A stretch of DNA of 32,000 nt from NCBI RefSeq assembly GCF_000010625.1, contig NC_010296.1, forward strand, positions 5,010,001-5,042,000. Reading direction: 5' to 3'. The notes beneath the pieces are model-generated. The model searched no databases. It was not told the DNA's origin and saw only the letters and a program-made list of their open reading frames with translations. Both the position numbers and the translations under genes were made by a program. The stretch comes from Microcystis aeruginosa NIES-843. Its GTDB lineage: Bacteria; Cyanobacteriota; Cyanobacteriia; Cyanobacteriales; Microcystaceae. Of this stretch, positions 1-10,921 are shown one piece after another. Every line of letters begins with the position of its first letter. Positions within the stretch are counted from its first letter, which is position 1.

Positions 1-81
1 CCCTGCGGAAACTGCGTCACCCCAACCGTAATAGTATCCTCAAAGAGTACATTCGTTAACTTCCCGTCCTTAAAAAACTAG
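1..81 (+). CDS. 3' end of an unidentified gene entering from the left edge (27 codons, ...SKSTFVNFPSLKN*)
   Basis: Frame 1 is open from base 1 to TAG at 79-81. A hairpin plus T-tract follows 3 nt later. Too short to assign a product. Confidence 0.3.
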   Translation, partial: PCGNCVTPTVIVSSKSTFVNFPSLKN

Positions 82-84
82 CAA

Positions 85-109
85 CTGAGTCTCCTTGAGG
101 CTCAGTTTT
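85..109 (+). terminator. Rho-independent terminator candidate
   Basis: CTGAGTCTC / GAGGCTCAG forms a 9-bp stem (one G-U wobble) with loop CTT, followed by TTTT. It lies just after the stop of the incoming ORF. Confidence 0.55.
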
Positions 110-191
110 ACTGTCATCTACACTTCCCCATCTGTGGGAACCTAATCCTGAAAATATCTCTGGGGTTGCCCCAATCTTGTCCAGAAAACTC

Positions 192-221
192 TTGCAACAA
201 ATAGCACAAATCTGTTATTAT
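192..221 (+). promoter_or_regulatory. sigma70-type promoter candidate for rpsT
   Basis: TTGCAA at 192-197, an 18-nt spacer, then extended -10 TGTTATTAT at 213-221, about 50 nt upstream of the rpsT GTG start. Motif match only. Confidence 0.4.
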
Positions 222-273
222 GGTTTGTCTGTGTCCCGATTAACCATACCAGTATTGAGAACAAGAAACGACT

Positions 274-567
274 GTGGCTAATACAAAGTCTGCACTCAAA
301 CGAGTCCAAATCTCCGAAAGAAATCGTCTCCGCAACAAAGCGTACAAGTCAGCCGTAAGAACCCTGATCAAAAAATGTCTTGTCGCTGTCTCGGCCTACG
401 GAGCCAACCCCAGCCCAGAAGGGCTAGAAAGCGCCCAACAAGCTCTATCGGAAGCTTACAGTAAAATCGATAAAGCCGTCAAGCGCAACGTCCTGCACCG
501 GAACAACGGCGCTAGAAAAAAAGCCGGTTTAGCCAAAGCTTTGCAAAAAGTTAGCCAAGCTTCCTAA
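274..567 (+). CDS. rpsT: 30S ribosomal protein S20
   Basis: 97-aa basic protein starting (GTG)[29 protein letters not shown], the typical S20 N-terminus and length. Confidence 0.95.
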   Translation: MANTKSALKRVQISERNRLRNKAYKSAVRTLIKKCLVAVSAYGANPSPEGLESAQQALSEAYSKIDKAVKRNVLHRNNGARKKAGLAKALQKVSQAS

Positions 568-617
568 GAAACGAGTAAGCTGTAATCAGGACAGACGCAA
601 CAAGCGATCGGGGGTCG

Positions 618-1397
618 ATGCAATTAATAGATACGCACGTTCATTTGAACTTTGACGTTTTGCAAGCCGACTTGCCCGCTATCTCCGAACGTTGGCGAAG
701 TGTGGGAGTCGTTCATCTGGTTCACTCCTGTGTCGAACCGGAGGAGTTTGCAGCGATTAAAGCCATTGCCGATCAATTTGAGGAAATTTCCTTCGCCGTC
801 GGTTTACATCCCCTAGATGCCCAAAAATGGCGAGATAATAGTGCCGATCAGATCGAATCCCTAGCCCGATCTGATCGGCGCGTCGTGGCGATCGGGGAAA
901 TGGGTTTAGACTTCTATAAAGCGGATAATCAAGAGCAGCAAAAACAGGTCTTTTGGACGCAATTAGAAATCGCCCATCGTCTCGATAAACCCGTGATTAT
1001 CCATTGTCGAGATGCGGCCCCGGTCATGCGGGAGGAAATCAGCGCCTTTCGGCAACAAGTGGGCAAAATTCGCGGCGTGATGCACTGCTGGACTGGCAAC
1101 CCCGAAGAAACTCAATGGTTTTTAGATTTGGGTTTTTACATCAGCTTTAGCGGCATTGTCACCTTCAAAAACAGTAAAACTGTGCAAGCTGCCGCCCAAA
1201 TTGTCCCCAGCGATCGCCTACTGATCGAAACCGATTGCCCCTTTCTCTCCCCCAATCCCCACCGCGGTAAACCTTGTGAACCCTCCTTCGTCTTCCACGT
1301 GGCCGAAACCGTCGCCCGTCTGCGCGGCTATCCGGTCGAAACCCTAGCCGAACAAACCACCCAGAACGCCCGCAACTTATTTCAACTCCCCAGTTAA
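618..1397 (+). CDS. TatD-family metal-dependent hydrolase/DNase
   Basis: IDTHVHL metal-binding start, [19 protein letters not shown] and ETDCPFL motifs. 259 aa is typical of TatD. Confidence 0.9.
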   Translation: MQLIDTHVHLNFDVLQADLPAISERWRSVGVVHLVHSCVEPEEFAAIKAIADQFEEISFAVGLHPLDAQKWRDNSADQIESLARSDRRVVAIGEMGLDFYKADNQEQQKQVFWTQLEIAHRLDKPVIIHCRDAAPVMREEISAFRQQVGKIRGVMHCWTGNPEETQWFLDLGFYISFSGIVTFKNSKTVQAAAQIVPSDRLLIETDCPFLSPNPHRGKPCEPSFVFHVAETVARLRGYPVETLAEQTTQNARNLFQLPS

Positions 1398-1423
1398 AAA
1401 ACATAGTTTATTAGCACAGAGCA

Positions 1424-1530
1424 GGGGACGGGGAAATGGGGAAATGGGGGAATTCAACTAAAACCCTAAAACCCCAACACCCTAAAACCCCAACACCCTA
1501 AAACCCCAACACCCAACCCCTAAAAACCCC
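1424..1530. repeat. G-tract block (GGGGACGGGGAAATGGGGAAATGGGGG) followed by three CCCTAAAACCCCAACA units
   Basis: Read directly from the sequence. Related composites occur at 14985-15116, 17807-17905 (inverted) and 18877-18935. Confidence 0.85.
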
Positions 1531-1587
1531 GATCTCCGAGAGCAATTCCCGACCGTCGCTATCGTGTCATCAGCCCTTGTAACCATA

Positions 1588-4500
1588 ATGAACAATCTTA
1601 CCTTTAACCTCTTACCCGACCTCATCGAAATCCAACACTCCAGTTTTCGGTGGTTTTTGGAAGAAGGACTAATCGAGGAACTGAATAGCTTTTCCCCCAT
1701 CAGCGACTATACAGGTAAATTAGAACTACATTTTCTCGGCCAGGACTACAGACTCAAAGAACCGAAATACAACGTCGATGAAGCCAAACGACGCGATAGC
1801 ACCTATTCCGTTCAGATGTACGTTCCCACCCGTCTAATCAACAAAGAAACGGGAGAAAACATCGAACAGGAAGTCTTTATCGGCGATTTACCCCTGATGA
1901 CCGAACGGGGAACCTTTATCATTAACGGGGCCGAACGAGTCATCGTCAATCAGATCGTCCGTTCCCCCGGTGTTTACTACAAAGCCGAAATCGACAAAAA
2001 CGGTCGCCGTACCTACTCCGCTTCCCTGATTCCCAACCGAGGAGCTTGGTTAAAATTTGAAACCGACAAAAACGGCTTAGTCTGGGTCAGAATCGACAAA
2101 ACCCGCAAATTATCCGCCCAAGTTCTCCTGAAAGCGATCGGATTGAGCGATAACGAAATCTTTGACTCCCTACGCCACCCCGAATTCTACCAAAAAACCC
2201 TCGACAAAGAAGGCAATCCCAGCGAAGAAGAGGCCCTCCTCGACCTGTACCGCAAACTACGCCCCGGGGAACCTCCCACCGTCACCGGCGGGCAACAACT
2301 GCTCGAATCGCGCTTTTTTGACAATAAACGCTACGATCTCGGTCGCGTTGGTCGTTATAAACTCAACAAAAAACTACGCCTCAACGTCCCCGATAACCAG
2401 CGCGTTCTGACCACCACCGACATCTTAGCGGCGATCGACTACCTAATTAACCTCGAATTTGACATCGGCAACACCGACGACATCGACCACCTCGGCAACC
2501 GTCGCGTCCGTTCCGTGGGTGAACTGCTACAAAACCAAGTGCGAGTAGGTTTAAACCGCTTAGAAAGAATCATTCGGGAACGGATGACCGTCAGCGAATC
2601 CCAAAACCTCACCCCCGCTTCCCTAGTCAACCCGAAACCCCTAGTAGCGGCGATTAAAGAATTCTTTGGTTCCTCGCAACTCTCCCAGTTCATGGATCAA
2701 ACCAATCCCCTAGCGGAATTGACCCATAAACGCCGCATTTCCGCCCTCGGCCCCGGCGGTCTCACCCGGGAACGGGCTGGTTTTGCCGTGCGCGACATCC
2801 ACCCCTCCCACCACGGTCGCATTTGTCCGGTGGAAACCCCAGAAGGTCCCAACGCCGGTTTAATCGGTTCCCTGGCCACCTACGCTCGCGTCAACGACTA
2901 CGGTTTTATTGAAACCCCCTGTTATGTGGTGGAAAATGGCCGAGTACGCTATGATCTCCCCGTTAAATACCTAACCGCCGACGAAGAAGACGATCTGCGG
3001 GTGGCTCCGGGAGACGTGGCCACCGATGAAAATGGTTATATCCTCGGCGAAACTATCCCAGTGCGCTATCGGCAGGAATTCTCCACCACTTCCCCCGAAC
3101 AAGTGGACTACGTTTGTGTTTCCCCCGTCCAAATTGTCTCGGTGGCAACTTCCCTGATTCCCTTCCTCGAACACGACGACGCTAACCGCGCCCTCATGGG
3201 TTCTAATATGCAACGACAAGCGGTTCCCCTGCTGCGTCCCGAACGTCCCCTTGTGGGTACCGGATTGGAAGCACAGGCCGCTCGCGACTCTGGCATGGTG
3301 ATCGTTTCCCGTACCAATGGGGTTGTTTCCTACGTCGATGCTAACCGGATTCGCATCAAAGTGGCGGATGAAGACAAAGAGATTTTCGGCAAGAGCGAGA
3401 TCGAGTACGAAATTCAGAAATATCAACGCTCTAACCAAGATACCTGCTTAAATCAGCGTCCTTTAGTCTATCAAGGTGAACAGGTTGTCCCCGGGCAGAT
3501 TCTCGCCGATGGTTCCGCCACCGAAGGAGGAGAAATCGCCCTCGGCCAGAATATCCTCGTCGCCTATATGCCCTGGGAAGGCTATAACTACGAAGATGCG
3601 ATTTTAATCAGTGAACGACTGGTGGCACAAGATGTCTATACCAGTATCCACATCGAAAAATACGAGATCGAAGCCCGTCAAACTAAACTTGGACCGGAGG
3701 AAATCACCAGGGAAATTCCCAACGTCGGTGAAGATGCCCTGCGAAACCTCGATGAACGCGGCATTATTCGCATCGGTGCCTGGGTAGAAGCCAGCGATAT
3801 CCTTGTGGGGAAAGTCACCCCGAAAGGCGAATCAGACCAACCCCCCGAAGAAAAACTACTGCGGGCAATTTTCGGCGAAAAGGCCCGGGATGTACGGGAT
3901 AACTCCCTACGCGTCCCCAACGGCGAAAAAGGCCGGGTAGTGGATGTGCGGGTATTTACCCGCGAACAGGGGGATGAATTACCCCCCGGGGCCAATATGG
4001 TGGTGCGGGTCTATGTTGCCCAAAAACGCAAAATCCAAGTGGGCGATAAAATGGCGGGTCGTCACGGCAATAAAGGGATTATTTCTCGGATTCTGCCCCT
4101 GGAAGATATGCCCTACCTCCCCGATGGTCGCCCCGTCGATATCGTTCTTAATCCCCTAGGGGTTCCCAGTCGCATGAACGTCGGTCAGGTGTTTGAATGT
4201 TTACTGGGTTGGGCCGGCGAAAATCTGGGCGTGCGCTTTAAGATTACTCCTTTTGACGAAATGTATGGGGAAGAAGCCAGCCGTTTAACCGTCCACGGAT
4301 TGCTAGAAAACGCCTCGAAAAAACCTAATCGCGATTGGGTGTTCAAGGAAGAACACGCCGGCAAAGTCACCGTCTATGATGGTCGCACCGGCGAACCCTT
4401 TGACCGTCCCGTTACCGTCGGTATGGCCTATATGTTAAAACTGGTTCACCTGGTTGATGATAAAATTCACGCCCGTTCTACCGGTCCCTACTCCTTGGTT

Positions 4501-4899
4501 ACCCAGCAACCCCTGGGCGGTAAAGCTCAACAGGGGGGTCAGCGCTTCGGAGAAATGGAAGTCTGGGCCCTAGAGGCCTACGGGGCAGCCTATACCTTGC
4601 AGGAATTGCTAACGGTAAAATCCGATGATATGCAAGGACGGAATGAGGCTTTAAATGCGATCGTAAAAGGCAAGCCGATTCCCCGCCCTGGTACGCCAGA
4701 ATCCTTTAAGGTTTTGATGCGAGAATTGCAATCCCTCGGCCTCGATATCGCCGTTCACAAGGTGGAAAATGCCCCCGATGGTACTTCCCGCGATGTGGAG
4801 GTGGATCTGATGGTCGATGTCGGTCGTCGCGCCCCCTCTCGCCCCACCTACGAATCCTTAACCACGGAAGACCTTGAAGAAGAAGAATCGGAAGTGTAA
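1588..4899 (+). CDS. rpoB: DNA-directed RNA polymerase subunit beta
   Basis: Full-length RpoB: [76 protein letters not shown]. The ORF track starts at GTG 1564. ATG 1588 ([12 protein letters not shown]) matches the usual cyanobacterial N-terminus better. Confidence 0.97.
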   Translation: MNNLTFNLLPDLIEIQHSSFRWFLEEGLIEELNSFSPISDYTGKLELHFLGQDYRLKEPKYNVDEAKRRDSTYSVQMYVPTRLINKETGENIEQEVFIGDLPLMTERGTFIINGAERVIVNQIVRSPGVYYKAEIDKNGRRTYSASLIPNRGAWLKFETDKNGLVWVRIDKTRKLSAQVLLKAIGLSDNEIFDSLRHPEFYQKTLDKEGNPSEEEALLDLYRKLRPGEPPTVTGGQQLLESRFFDNKRYDLGRVGRYKLNKKLRLNVPDNQRVLTTTDILAAIDYLINLEFDIGNTDDIDHLGNRRVRSVGELLQNQVRVGLNRLERIIRERMTVSESQNLTPASLVNPKPLVAAIKEFFGSSQLSQFMDQTNPLAELTHKRRISALGPGGLTRERAGFAVRDIHPSHHGRICPVETPEGPNAGLIGSLATYARVNDYGFIETPCYVVENGRVRYDLPVKYLTADEEDDLRVAPGDVATDENGYILGETIPVRYRQEFSTTSPEQVDYVCVSPVQIVSVATSLIPFLEHDDANRALMGSNMQRQAVPLLRPERPLVGTGLEAQAARDSGMVIVSRTNGVVSYVDANRIRIKVADEDKEIFGKSEIEYEIQKYQRSNQDTCLNQRPLVYQGEQVVPGQILADGSATEGGEIALGQNILVAYMPWEGYNYEDAILISERLVAQDVYTSIHIEKYEIEARQTKLGPEEITREIPNVGEDALRNLDERGIIRIGAWVEASDILVGKVTPKGESDQPPEEKLLRAIFGEKARDVRDNSLRVPNGEKGRVVDVRVFTREQGDELPPGANMVVRVYVAQKRKIQVGDKMAGRHGNKGIISRILPLEDMPYLPDGRPVDIVLNPLGVPSRMNVGQVFECLLGWAGENLGVRFKITPFDEMYGEEASRLTVHGLLENASKKPNRDWVFKEEHAGKVTVYDGRTGEPFDRPVTVGMAYMLKLVHLVDDKIHARSTGPYSLVTQQPLGGKAQQGGQRFGEMEVWALEAYGAAYTLQELLTVKSDDMQGRNEALNAIVKGKPIPRPGTPESFKVLMRELQSLGLDIAVHKVENAPDGTSRDVEVDLMVDVGRRAPSRPTYESLTTEDLEEEESEV

Positions 4900-4902
4900 T
4901 TT

Positions 4903-4948
4903 CAGTTATCAGTTATCAGTTATCAGTTATCAGTTATCAGTTATCAGT
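4903..4948. repeat. Tandem heptamer (CAGTTAT) x6.6
   Basis: Perfect tandem units start at 4903, 4910, 4917, 4924, 4931 and 4938, plus a partial unit. The array begins 4 nt after the rpoB stop. Confidence 0.95.
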
Positions 4949-5152
4949 GAGAAGTCAGGAGTCAGTCCCGATGAAAAAATTTTCACCCCCACAGATGAAA
5001 GAGGTTTCTTTCCCTACACCCCACACCCTACACCCTCTTTCCAGTCAGGAGACAGGAGAGAATTTTCAAGGAAAAAGCCAAAAAAAGGACAGTAAAGTAA
5101 AAATTTGCCTATTCCCCGTTCTCTATTCCCTGTTTCCTGTTCCCTTTTCTAA

Positions 5153-5190
5153 CTGATAGCTGAATGCTGATGGCTGATAGCTAATAGCTG
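5153..5190. repeat. Degenerate heptamer array CTGATAG/CTGAATG/CTGATGG/CTGATAG/CTAATAG, inverse partner of 4903-4948
   Basis: The reverse complement of CAGTTAT, phased as CTGATAA, differs from these units mainly by A->G. The array ends 22 nt before the rpoC2 ATG. Confidence 0.75.
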
Positions 5191-5212
5191 TTTACTTGTT
5201 ACCCGGATCGAG

Positions 5213-8200
5213 ATGTTTTATAACCAAACTGTTGACAAAGGAAAACTGAAAAAACTGATCGCTTGGGCCTATCAAAACTACGGTTCGGCGCGCTGTTCAC
5301 AAATGGCCGATGAATTGAAAAACCTCGGGTTTCGTTTCGCTACCAAAGCAGGGGTTTCCATTAGTGTGGATGATTTAACCGTACCGCCGGCTAAACGACA
5401 GATGATCGAAAGTGCCGAACAGGAAATCCGGCAAACCGAACAGCGTTATGTGCGCGGGGAAATCACCGAAGTGGAACGCTTCCAAAAAGTAATTGACACT
5501 TGGAATAGTACATCTGAATCGCTTAAAGATGAAGTAATTCGCAACTTCCAAGTCACCGATCCCCTCAACTCCGTCTATATGATGGCTTTCTCCGGGGCGC
5601 GGGGTAATATGAGCCAAGTGCGTCAGTTAGTGGGAATGCGGGGATTAATGGCTAATCCCCAGGGGGAAATTATCGACCTCCCGATTAAGACTAACTTCCG
5701 GGAAGGATTGACCGTTACCGAATACGTTATTTCCTCCTACGGGGCGCGCAAAGGTTTAGTTGATACAGCCCTACGGACGGCAGATTCCGGTTATTTGACT
5801 CGTCGTCTCGTCGATGTGTCCCAAGATGTCATCGTCCGCGAGGCAGATTGTGGCACTAATCGTTATGTTGAATTAACCGCCATGACCGATGGCGATCGCG
5901 TGTTAATTCCCTTAAGCGATCGCCTATTAGGTCGTTCCTTGGCCGAAGATGTGGTGGTCAATGGAGAAGTGATCGCCACCCGCAACCAGATTATCGATGA
6001 CGAAACCGCCGAAAAACTAGGGCGACTCGTCGATAAAATCAAAGTCCGCAGCCCCTTAACCTGTGAAGCAGCCCGCTCGGTTTGTCAAACCTGTTACGGT
6101 TGGAGTCTGGCCCACGGTCATCCGGTGGATATGGGGGAAGCAGTGGGAATTATTGCCGCCCAATCGATCGGGGAACCGGGGACTCAGTTAACCATGCGTA
6201 CCTTCCACACCGGGGGCGTATTTACCGGAGAAGTGGCCCGGCAAGTGCGGAGTCCCTTCGAGGGAACCGTGCGTTTTCTGCCGGGGTTAAGTATCCGTAA
6301 CGTGCGAACTCGCCACGGGGATGAACGGGATCAGGTGGAGGCACCGGGGGAAATTAAATTAACACCCAAGGATAAAACTAAAGAAACTGTCACCTACTCT
6401 TTGACTCCTGGTTCGCTGCTATTCGTCACCGATGGGGAAACAGTAAGCGAGGAACAGTTACTAGCGGAAATTACCTCCGATAAAGTCCAAAAATCCACGG
6501 AAAAAGCCACAAAAGACGTAACCAGTGACTTAGCTGGCGAGGTGCTATTCTCCCAATTAGTGCCAGAAGAAAAAACCGATCGCCAAGGCAATACCACCCG
6601 CATCGCCCAACGGGGGGGATTACTATGGATTCTCTCCGGAGAAGTGTATAACTTGCCCCCAGGAGCCGAACCCGTGGTCAGTAACGGCGATCAAGTACAA
6701 GTGGGGGATGTTCTAGCGGAAACTAAGTTAGTATCCACTAACGGCGGTTTGGTGCGTTTAGCCCCCAATAGCCGGGAAATCGATATCGTCACCGCTTCCG
6801 TGTCCTTGGATCAGGCCGAGGTAAAAGTAGAAAGTAGTGCCGGTCGGGAACAGTTTATTATTCATACGGGAGATGGTCAAAGCTTCCTACTGAAAACCAC
6901 TCCGGGGACAAAAGTACAGAATCATGCCATTGTCGCCGAGTTAATCGACGATCGCTATCAAACCCACACCGGCGGTATGATTAAATACGTCGATATCGAA
7001 GTCGCCAAAGGCAGCCGCAAACAGGGTTATGAAATCACCAAAGGCGGCACGATCCTCTGGATTCCCGAAGAAACCCACGAAGTTAATAAAGATATCTCCC
7101 TCTTACAGGTGGAAGATGGGCAGTATGTGGAAGCAGGGGAAGAAGTGGTTAAAGACATCTTCTGTAACTCTAGCGGTGTGGTGGAAGTCATCCAGAAAAA
7201 TGACATCCTCCGGGAGATCATTGTCAAACCGGGGCTGTTATTTATGGATCTCGAACCGGAATCCTCCGGAATTGCCCAAGAACAGTTAATTTACCCCGGG
7301 ACACAGTTAACCCCCGAAGTCACGATCGAGGAGTTACGGCAAGCGGAATGGGTGGAAACTAACGAGGGTTTGGGTTTACTACTGCGACCGGTACAGGAGT
7401 TCACTGTACAAGACCAATCCACTTCTCCCACCCAAGGTTCCGCTAACCAAGAAGGAGGACGACATATCGAACTGCGATCGGTGCAGCGCATCTTCTTTAA
7501 AGACGGTGAAAGAGTTAAATCCGTCGAGGGTTGTCAACTGATCAGCACCCAATTAGTCCTCGAAATTTCCAGCGAAGAACCAGAATCAGTCTCCCATCTG
7601 ACGGCCGATATCGAGTTAGAACCGATTGAGGACAGGGATTGTCAGCGTTTACAGTTAGTTATTCTCGAATCTCTGGTGCTGCGTCGGGATAGTGATAATG
7701 ATCCTTTAGGCGGTAATATTCAGACTCGCGTTCTCGTCCAAGATGGCGATGAAATTCCACCGGGGGCAGTGGTGGCCAGAACCGAAATCCAGTGTAAGGA
7801 AGCTGGAGAAATTCGCGGGATTCGCAAGGGCAGCGAAGCGGTGCGCCGTCTTTTAATTGTGAGTGACCGTGACGAGTTTATTCTCCCGCTCGCTGTTGCT
7901 CCCACCGTCAAGGCCAGGGATCTGGTAATCGCCGAAGCTGAGATCGCTGCCGGAGTTTTAGCCCCCAATTCCGGTCAAGTGCTGGCCGTTGACAAAACCG
8001 CCACTGGCTATGAAATCCGTCTGCGTAAGGCCCGACCCTACCGAGTATCGGCGGGGGCCATTCTGCACATCGACGAGGGAGATCTGGTCCAACGGGGCGA
8101 TAATTTGGTGCTGTTGGTGTTTGAGCGCTCGAAAACCGGGGATATCATTCAAGGTTTACCGAGAATCGAAGAACTGCTCGAAGCGCGTAAACCGAAAGAG

Positions 8201-9217
8201 GCCTGTGTCCTGGCACGCAAGCCGGGAGTTTGTCAAGTGGAGTACCAAGATTCTGAGATCGTCGATATTAAGGTGGTCGAGGATGACGGCACGATCAGTG
8301 AATATCCGCTTTTAGGCAGTCAAAACCCTCTGGTGAGCGATAATCAGCGTATTGATGTGGGTCAGGCGTTAACCGATGGTCAGGCTAATCCCCACGAGAT
8401 TTTAGAGGTGTTCTTTAATTATTATGTGGATAGCCTGGGCAGTTACGAGGCAGCCCTGAAAGCCTTGGAAAAAACCCAGATGTTCCTCGTTGATCAGGTA
8501 CAGTCGGTTTACCAATCCCAAGGGATCGATATTGCCGATAAACATATTGAAGTGATCGTGCGTCAGATGACCTCTAAGGTGCGGATCGATGACGGCGGCG
8601 ATACCAGTATGTTACCTGGGGAATTGTTGGAACTGCGACAGGTGGAGACGGTAAACGAAGCCATGTCGATCACCGGTGGGGCGGCAGCTAAATATACGCC
8701 TGTACTACTGGGAATCACCAAAGCTTCCTTGAATACCGATAGCTTTATCAGTGCCGCCTCCTTCCAAGAAACCACCCGCGTCCTCACCGAAGCGGCGATC
8801 GAAGGCAAGTCCGACTGGTTACGGGGTCTCAAGGAAAACGTGATTATCGGTCGTCTGATTCCGGCGGGTACTGGCTTCAATTCCCACGAAAACACGGCGG
8901 GGATCAGTGATTACACCCCCCCAGAGGAGGAATATAACTACAACAATCGTAGCTATTACGCTCCCCCCGGCGGCCTCGGCTTGCCTCCTCGTCCCGGTTT
9001 CGGCGATAGTAGTGAGGATAGCGATATGATTCTTGACGATCAAACCGCTCGCGCCTACGCTGAGGGTGATGTGGTCGATTTAGAGGATGATGAAATGGCT
9101 TTCCTCTCCTCCCGCGGCAGCAGTCGCTTTAGTCGCCAACCCATCAGCGATCGCTGGTCAGAAGCTGATGAGGAAGGGGAGGAGGACGATTTCGAGGAGG
9201 ATTACGAAGAAGAATAA
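5213..9217 (+). CDS. rpoC2: DNA-directed RNA polymerase subunit beta' (cyanobacterial split C-terminal part)
   Basis: The N-terminus aligns to the start of cyanobacterial RpoC2 ([56 protein letters not shown]). It has a large internal lineage-specific insertion, then [39 protein letters not shown] and an acidic tail. 1334 aa. Confidence 0.97.
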   Translation: MFYNQTVDKGKLKKLIAWAYQNYGSARCSQMADELKNLGFRFATKAGVSISVDDLTVPPAKRQMIESAEQEIRQTEQRYVRGEITEVERFQKVIDTWNSTSESLKDEVIRNFQVTDPLNSVYMMAFSGARGNMSQVRQLVGMRGLMANPQGEIIDLPIKTNFREGLTVTEYVISSYGARKGLVDTALRTADSGYLTRRLVDVSQDVIVREADCGTNRYVELTAMTDGDRVLIPLSDRLLGRSLAEDVVVNGEVIATRNQIIDDETAEKLGRLVDKIKVRSPLTCEAARSVCQTCYGWSLAHGHPVDMGEAVGIIAAQSIGEPGTQLTMRTFHTGGVFTGEVARQVRSPFEGTVRFLPGLSIRNVRTRHGDERDQVEAPGEIKLTPKDKTKETVTYSLTPGSLLFVTDGETVSEEQLLAEITSDKVQKSTEKATKDVTSDLAGEVLFSQLVPEEKTDRQGNTTRIAQRGGLLWILSGEVYNLPPGAEPVVSNGDQVQVGDVLAETKLVSTNGGLVRLAPNSREIDIVTASVSLDQAEVKVESSAGREQFIIHTGDGQSFLLKTTPGTKVQNHAIVAELIDDRYQTHTGGMIKYVDIEVAKGSRKQGYEITKGGTILWIPEETHEVNKDISLLQVEDGQYVEAGEEVVKDIFCNSSGVVEVIQKNDILREIIVKPGLLFMDLEPESSGIAQEQLIYPGTQLTPEVTIEELRQAEWVETNEGLGLLLRPVQEFTVQDQSTSPTQGSANQEGGRHIELRSVQRIFFKDGERVKSVEGCQLISTQLVLEISSEEPESVSHLTADIELEPIEDRDCQRLQLVILESLVLRRDSDNDPLGGNIQTRVLVQDGDEIPPGAVVARTEIQCKEAGEIRGIRKGSEAVRRLLIVSDRDEFILPLAVAPTVKARDLVIAEAEIAAGVLAPNSGQVLAVDKTATGYEIRLRKARPYRVSAGAILHIDEGDLVQRGDNLVLLVFERSKTGDIIQGLPRIEELLEARKPKEACVLARKPGVCQVEYQDSEIVDIKVVEDDGTISEYPLLGSQNPLVSDNQRIDVGQALTDGQANPHEILEVFFNYYVDSLGSYEAALKALEKTQMFLVDQVQSVYQSQGIDIADKHIEVIVRQMTSKVRIDDGGDTSMLPGELLELRQVETVNEAMSITGGAAAKYTPVLLGITKASLNTDSFISAASFQETTRVLTEAAIEGKSDWLRGLKENVIIGRLIPAGTGFNSHENTAGISDYTPPEEEYNYNNRSYYAPPGGLGLPPRPGFGDSSEDSDMILDDQTARAYAEGDVVDLEDDEMAFLSSRGSSRFSRQPISDRWSEADEEGEEDDFEEDYEEE

Positions 9218-9435
9218 TCGTCTGTGGAGATATTACAAGGAGCAGTGGGAGACACGGGGAGGCAAGGGCAATTTTTCTAGAGAAAAACCCTTGTTATCCC
9301 CCAAAAATCTCCTGCTTCTCTCCCCAAACTCCCTAATTTTCTGGCTAACTCATACTAAATCCGGTTATTAAAGACTGATTATCTATTGCCCCTTTTGCCT
9401 ATTGCAAGAGTGCCTTTTGCCTGTCCTCATAAGTA

Positions 9436-9634
9436 GGGTTGGCTGAATAAATCTAAAAACCTTGTTGGGTAAGACTTTTAGACTTTTTGTCAATCAAAAA
9501 GTACCTGGCATGGGAGTGATCAGGGGGAAAATTCCGGGACTTTTTCCCTGAAAATTAGGTAATTGGCCACCTCAAAACCGGTAAAACCCCACACCCCACA
9601 CCCTGCCCCCAGGAAAAACTTTTTCAGCAGACCC
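9436..9634. mobile_element. MITE copy A (GGGTTGGCTGAATAA ... TTTTTCAGCAGACCC)
   Basis: About 15-bp terminal inverted repeats. Flanked by the direct repeat TAAGTA (9430-9435 and 9635-9640). About 90 percent similar by eye to copies at 10750-10921 and 21412-21623 in the opposite orientation. No coding capacity. Confidence 0.8.
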
Positions 9635-9750
9635 TAAGTAGCCTATACTCAACGGATTTAGTATCACCTGAGTTTGGCCATAAAAGAAGGCAGCCTTTTT
9701 TGTCAACCGGAAAGGAGACAAAGTTAAGATTTTAAGAATTTTCTCTCAAG

Positions 9751-9824
9751 TCGGGATGACAGGATTTGAACCTGCGGCATCCTGCTCCCAAAGCAGGCGC
9801 GCTACCAAGCTGCGCTACATCCCG
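9751..9824 (-). tRNA. tRNA-Pro (anticodon UGG)
   Basis: The reverse complement reads CGGGATG-TA-GCGC...GCGC-G-CCTGC-TTTGGGA-GCAGG-...-GCAGG-TTCAAAT-CCTGT-CATCCCG-A. It is a 74-nt cloverleaf with a 7-bp acceptor stem and a TTCAAAT T-loop. No encoded CCA. Confidence 0.93.
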
Positions 9825-9864
9825 AAGTAAACTCCTTTTTTAGTATAGCCTAAGAGCGGCATTC

Positions 9865-10380
9865 TTAATCGGGATACCAAAACATCCCTTTGATACCCTC
9901 GGGATCGAGAACAAAACCGAGACGACGATAGAAATCCACCACCTGCGGATCGGCGAAAAGAGTTATATTACTGATGTCCTCACCCCGCAACTTCCTGATC
10001 ATAAATTTCATTAATGCTTTACCAAAGCCTTTACTTTGATAGTGAGGATGAACAACCACATCCCAGACTGTAGCATTAAAAGCGTGATCGGAAGTGGCAC
10101 GGGCAAAACCCACTAAACGACGGCGATTACCTCGCACTTCCCACATCGACACCACTAAAAAACTACATTCGATCGCCTTTTTAACTTTGCGTAAAGGACG
10201 ACGGGCCCAACCTACCGAGTCACAAAGTTCTTCTAACTCATATAGATCTAGCTCTCGATCGGTACTAAAAAACACTCGCGTCTGTCCGAGGTCATTCTGG
10301 GCAACCTCTACCAAGTCTCCCGAATAGTCAGGAGATGCAGTGACTTCCGAGCTATTAAACAATCTTTTCCAAAAAACCAT
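9865..10380 (-). CDS. GNAT-family N-acetyltransferase
   Basis: 171 aa with an acetyl-CoA binding core ([22 protein letters not shown]/RxxGxG/A type) and a C-terminal FYRRLGF motif typical of GNAT. Confidence 0.85.
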   Translation of the reverse strand: MVFWKRLFNSSEVTASPDYSGDLVEVAQNDLGQTRVFFSTDRELDLYELEELCDSVGWARRPLRKVKKAIECSFLVVSMWEVRGNRRRLVGFARATSDHAFNATVWDVVVHPHYQSKGFGKALMKFMIRKLRGEDISNITLFADPQVVDFYRRLGFVLDPEGIKGMFWYPD

Positions 10381-10486
10381 GCCGGGGGGCTACTGCCTCA
10401 ATATTGTCCTTTTAGCCTAGTATATTTTATTTTCCCCTCTCTAAGAACAATCGGGCCACTGGAGTCCAAATTTGATTGGTTGAGTA

Positions 10487-10571
10487 CGGAGAGGGTGGGA
10501 TTTGAACCCACGAACCATTGCTGGTTACTCGATTTCAAGTCGAGCGCGATCAACCACTCTGCCACCTCTCC
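10487..10571 (-). tRNA. tRNA-Ser (anticodon UGA)
   Basis: The reverse complement reads GGAGAGG...CTCGA-CTTGAAA-TCGAG, a long variable arm (AACCAGCAATGGTT), GTGGG-TTCAAAT-CCCAC and CCTCTCC-G. 85-nt class II tRNA. Confidence 0.92.
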
Positions 10572-10749
10572 AAGGCAGCCATACCTAATATCTTATCATT
10601 AGAACTCTTGCATAAATCAAAAAATTTTCCGCAAATGCAGGTAAAAGGGTTGCATATTATAGAATATAGGGTTAAGGGTTAAAATTTCCCCTTTCCCCCT
10701 TCCCCAATTTCTGCAAGAAGTCTATTCTAGTCAATTAGAGGCACAATTA

Positions 10750-10921
10750 GGGTTGGCTGAAAAAGTCTTTCCTGGCGGCAGGGTGTGGGGGTTTACCGAT
10801 TTTCAGGGAAAAAGTACCTGAATTTCCCCCCCCCTGATCACTCCTAGGCCTGGCACTTTTGGAGCTCAAAAAAGTCTAAAAGTCTTAGCCAACAAGGTTT
10901 TTAGATTTATTCAGCCAGCCC
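10750..10921. mobile_element. MITE copy B (same family as 9436-9634, inverted, with an internal deletion)
   Basis: GGGTTGGCTGAAAAAG ... TTATTCAGCCAGCCC. Flanked by cAATTA / TAATTA. Internal blocks are shared with copies A and C (GGGTGTGGGG, TTTTCAGGGAAAAAGT, CTGATCACTCC, AAAAAGTCTAAAAGTCTTA). Confidence 0.8.

Noticed and set aside
1564-1587. GTG start of rpoB given in the ORF track
   Set aside because: ATG 1588 ([17 protein letters not shown]) matches the conserved cyanobacterial RpoB N-terminus. The 8 extra codons have no support.
2971-3438. 155-aa antisense ORF inside rpoB, and similar antisense ORFs at 2439..2693, 3678..3995, 5375..5617, 7720..7968 and 8563..8895
   Set aside because: These are shadow ORFs opposite strongly conserved RNA polymerase coding sequence. 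They have no recognisable motifs or start context.
4903-4948. Possible CRISPR array or other spaced-repeat system among the tandem and heptamer repeats (also 1464-1530 and 15071-15105)
   Set aside because: The units are 7-16 bp, directly tandem and without unique spacers. No cas genes are in the window. They are simple-sequence arrays, not CRISPR.
4874-5156. Two overlapping ORFs (73 and 69 aa) in the rpoB-rpoC2 spacer, considered as a possible rpoC1 relic or small protein
   Set aside because: They have a low-complexity repeat-derived composition (SYQLSVISYQLSVIS from the heptamer array) and no similarity to RpoC1. One starts inside the rpoB coding end.
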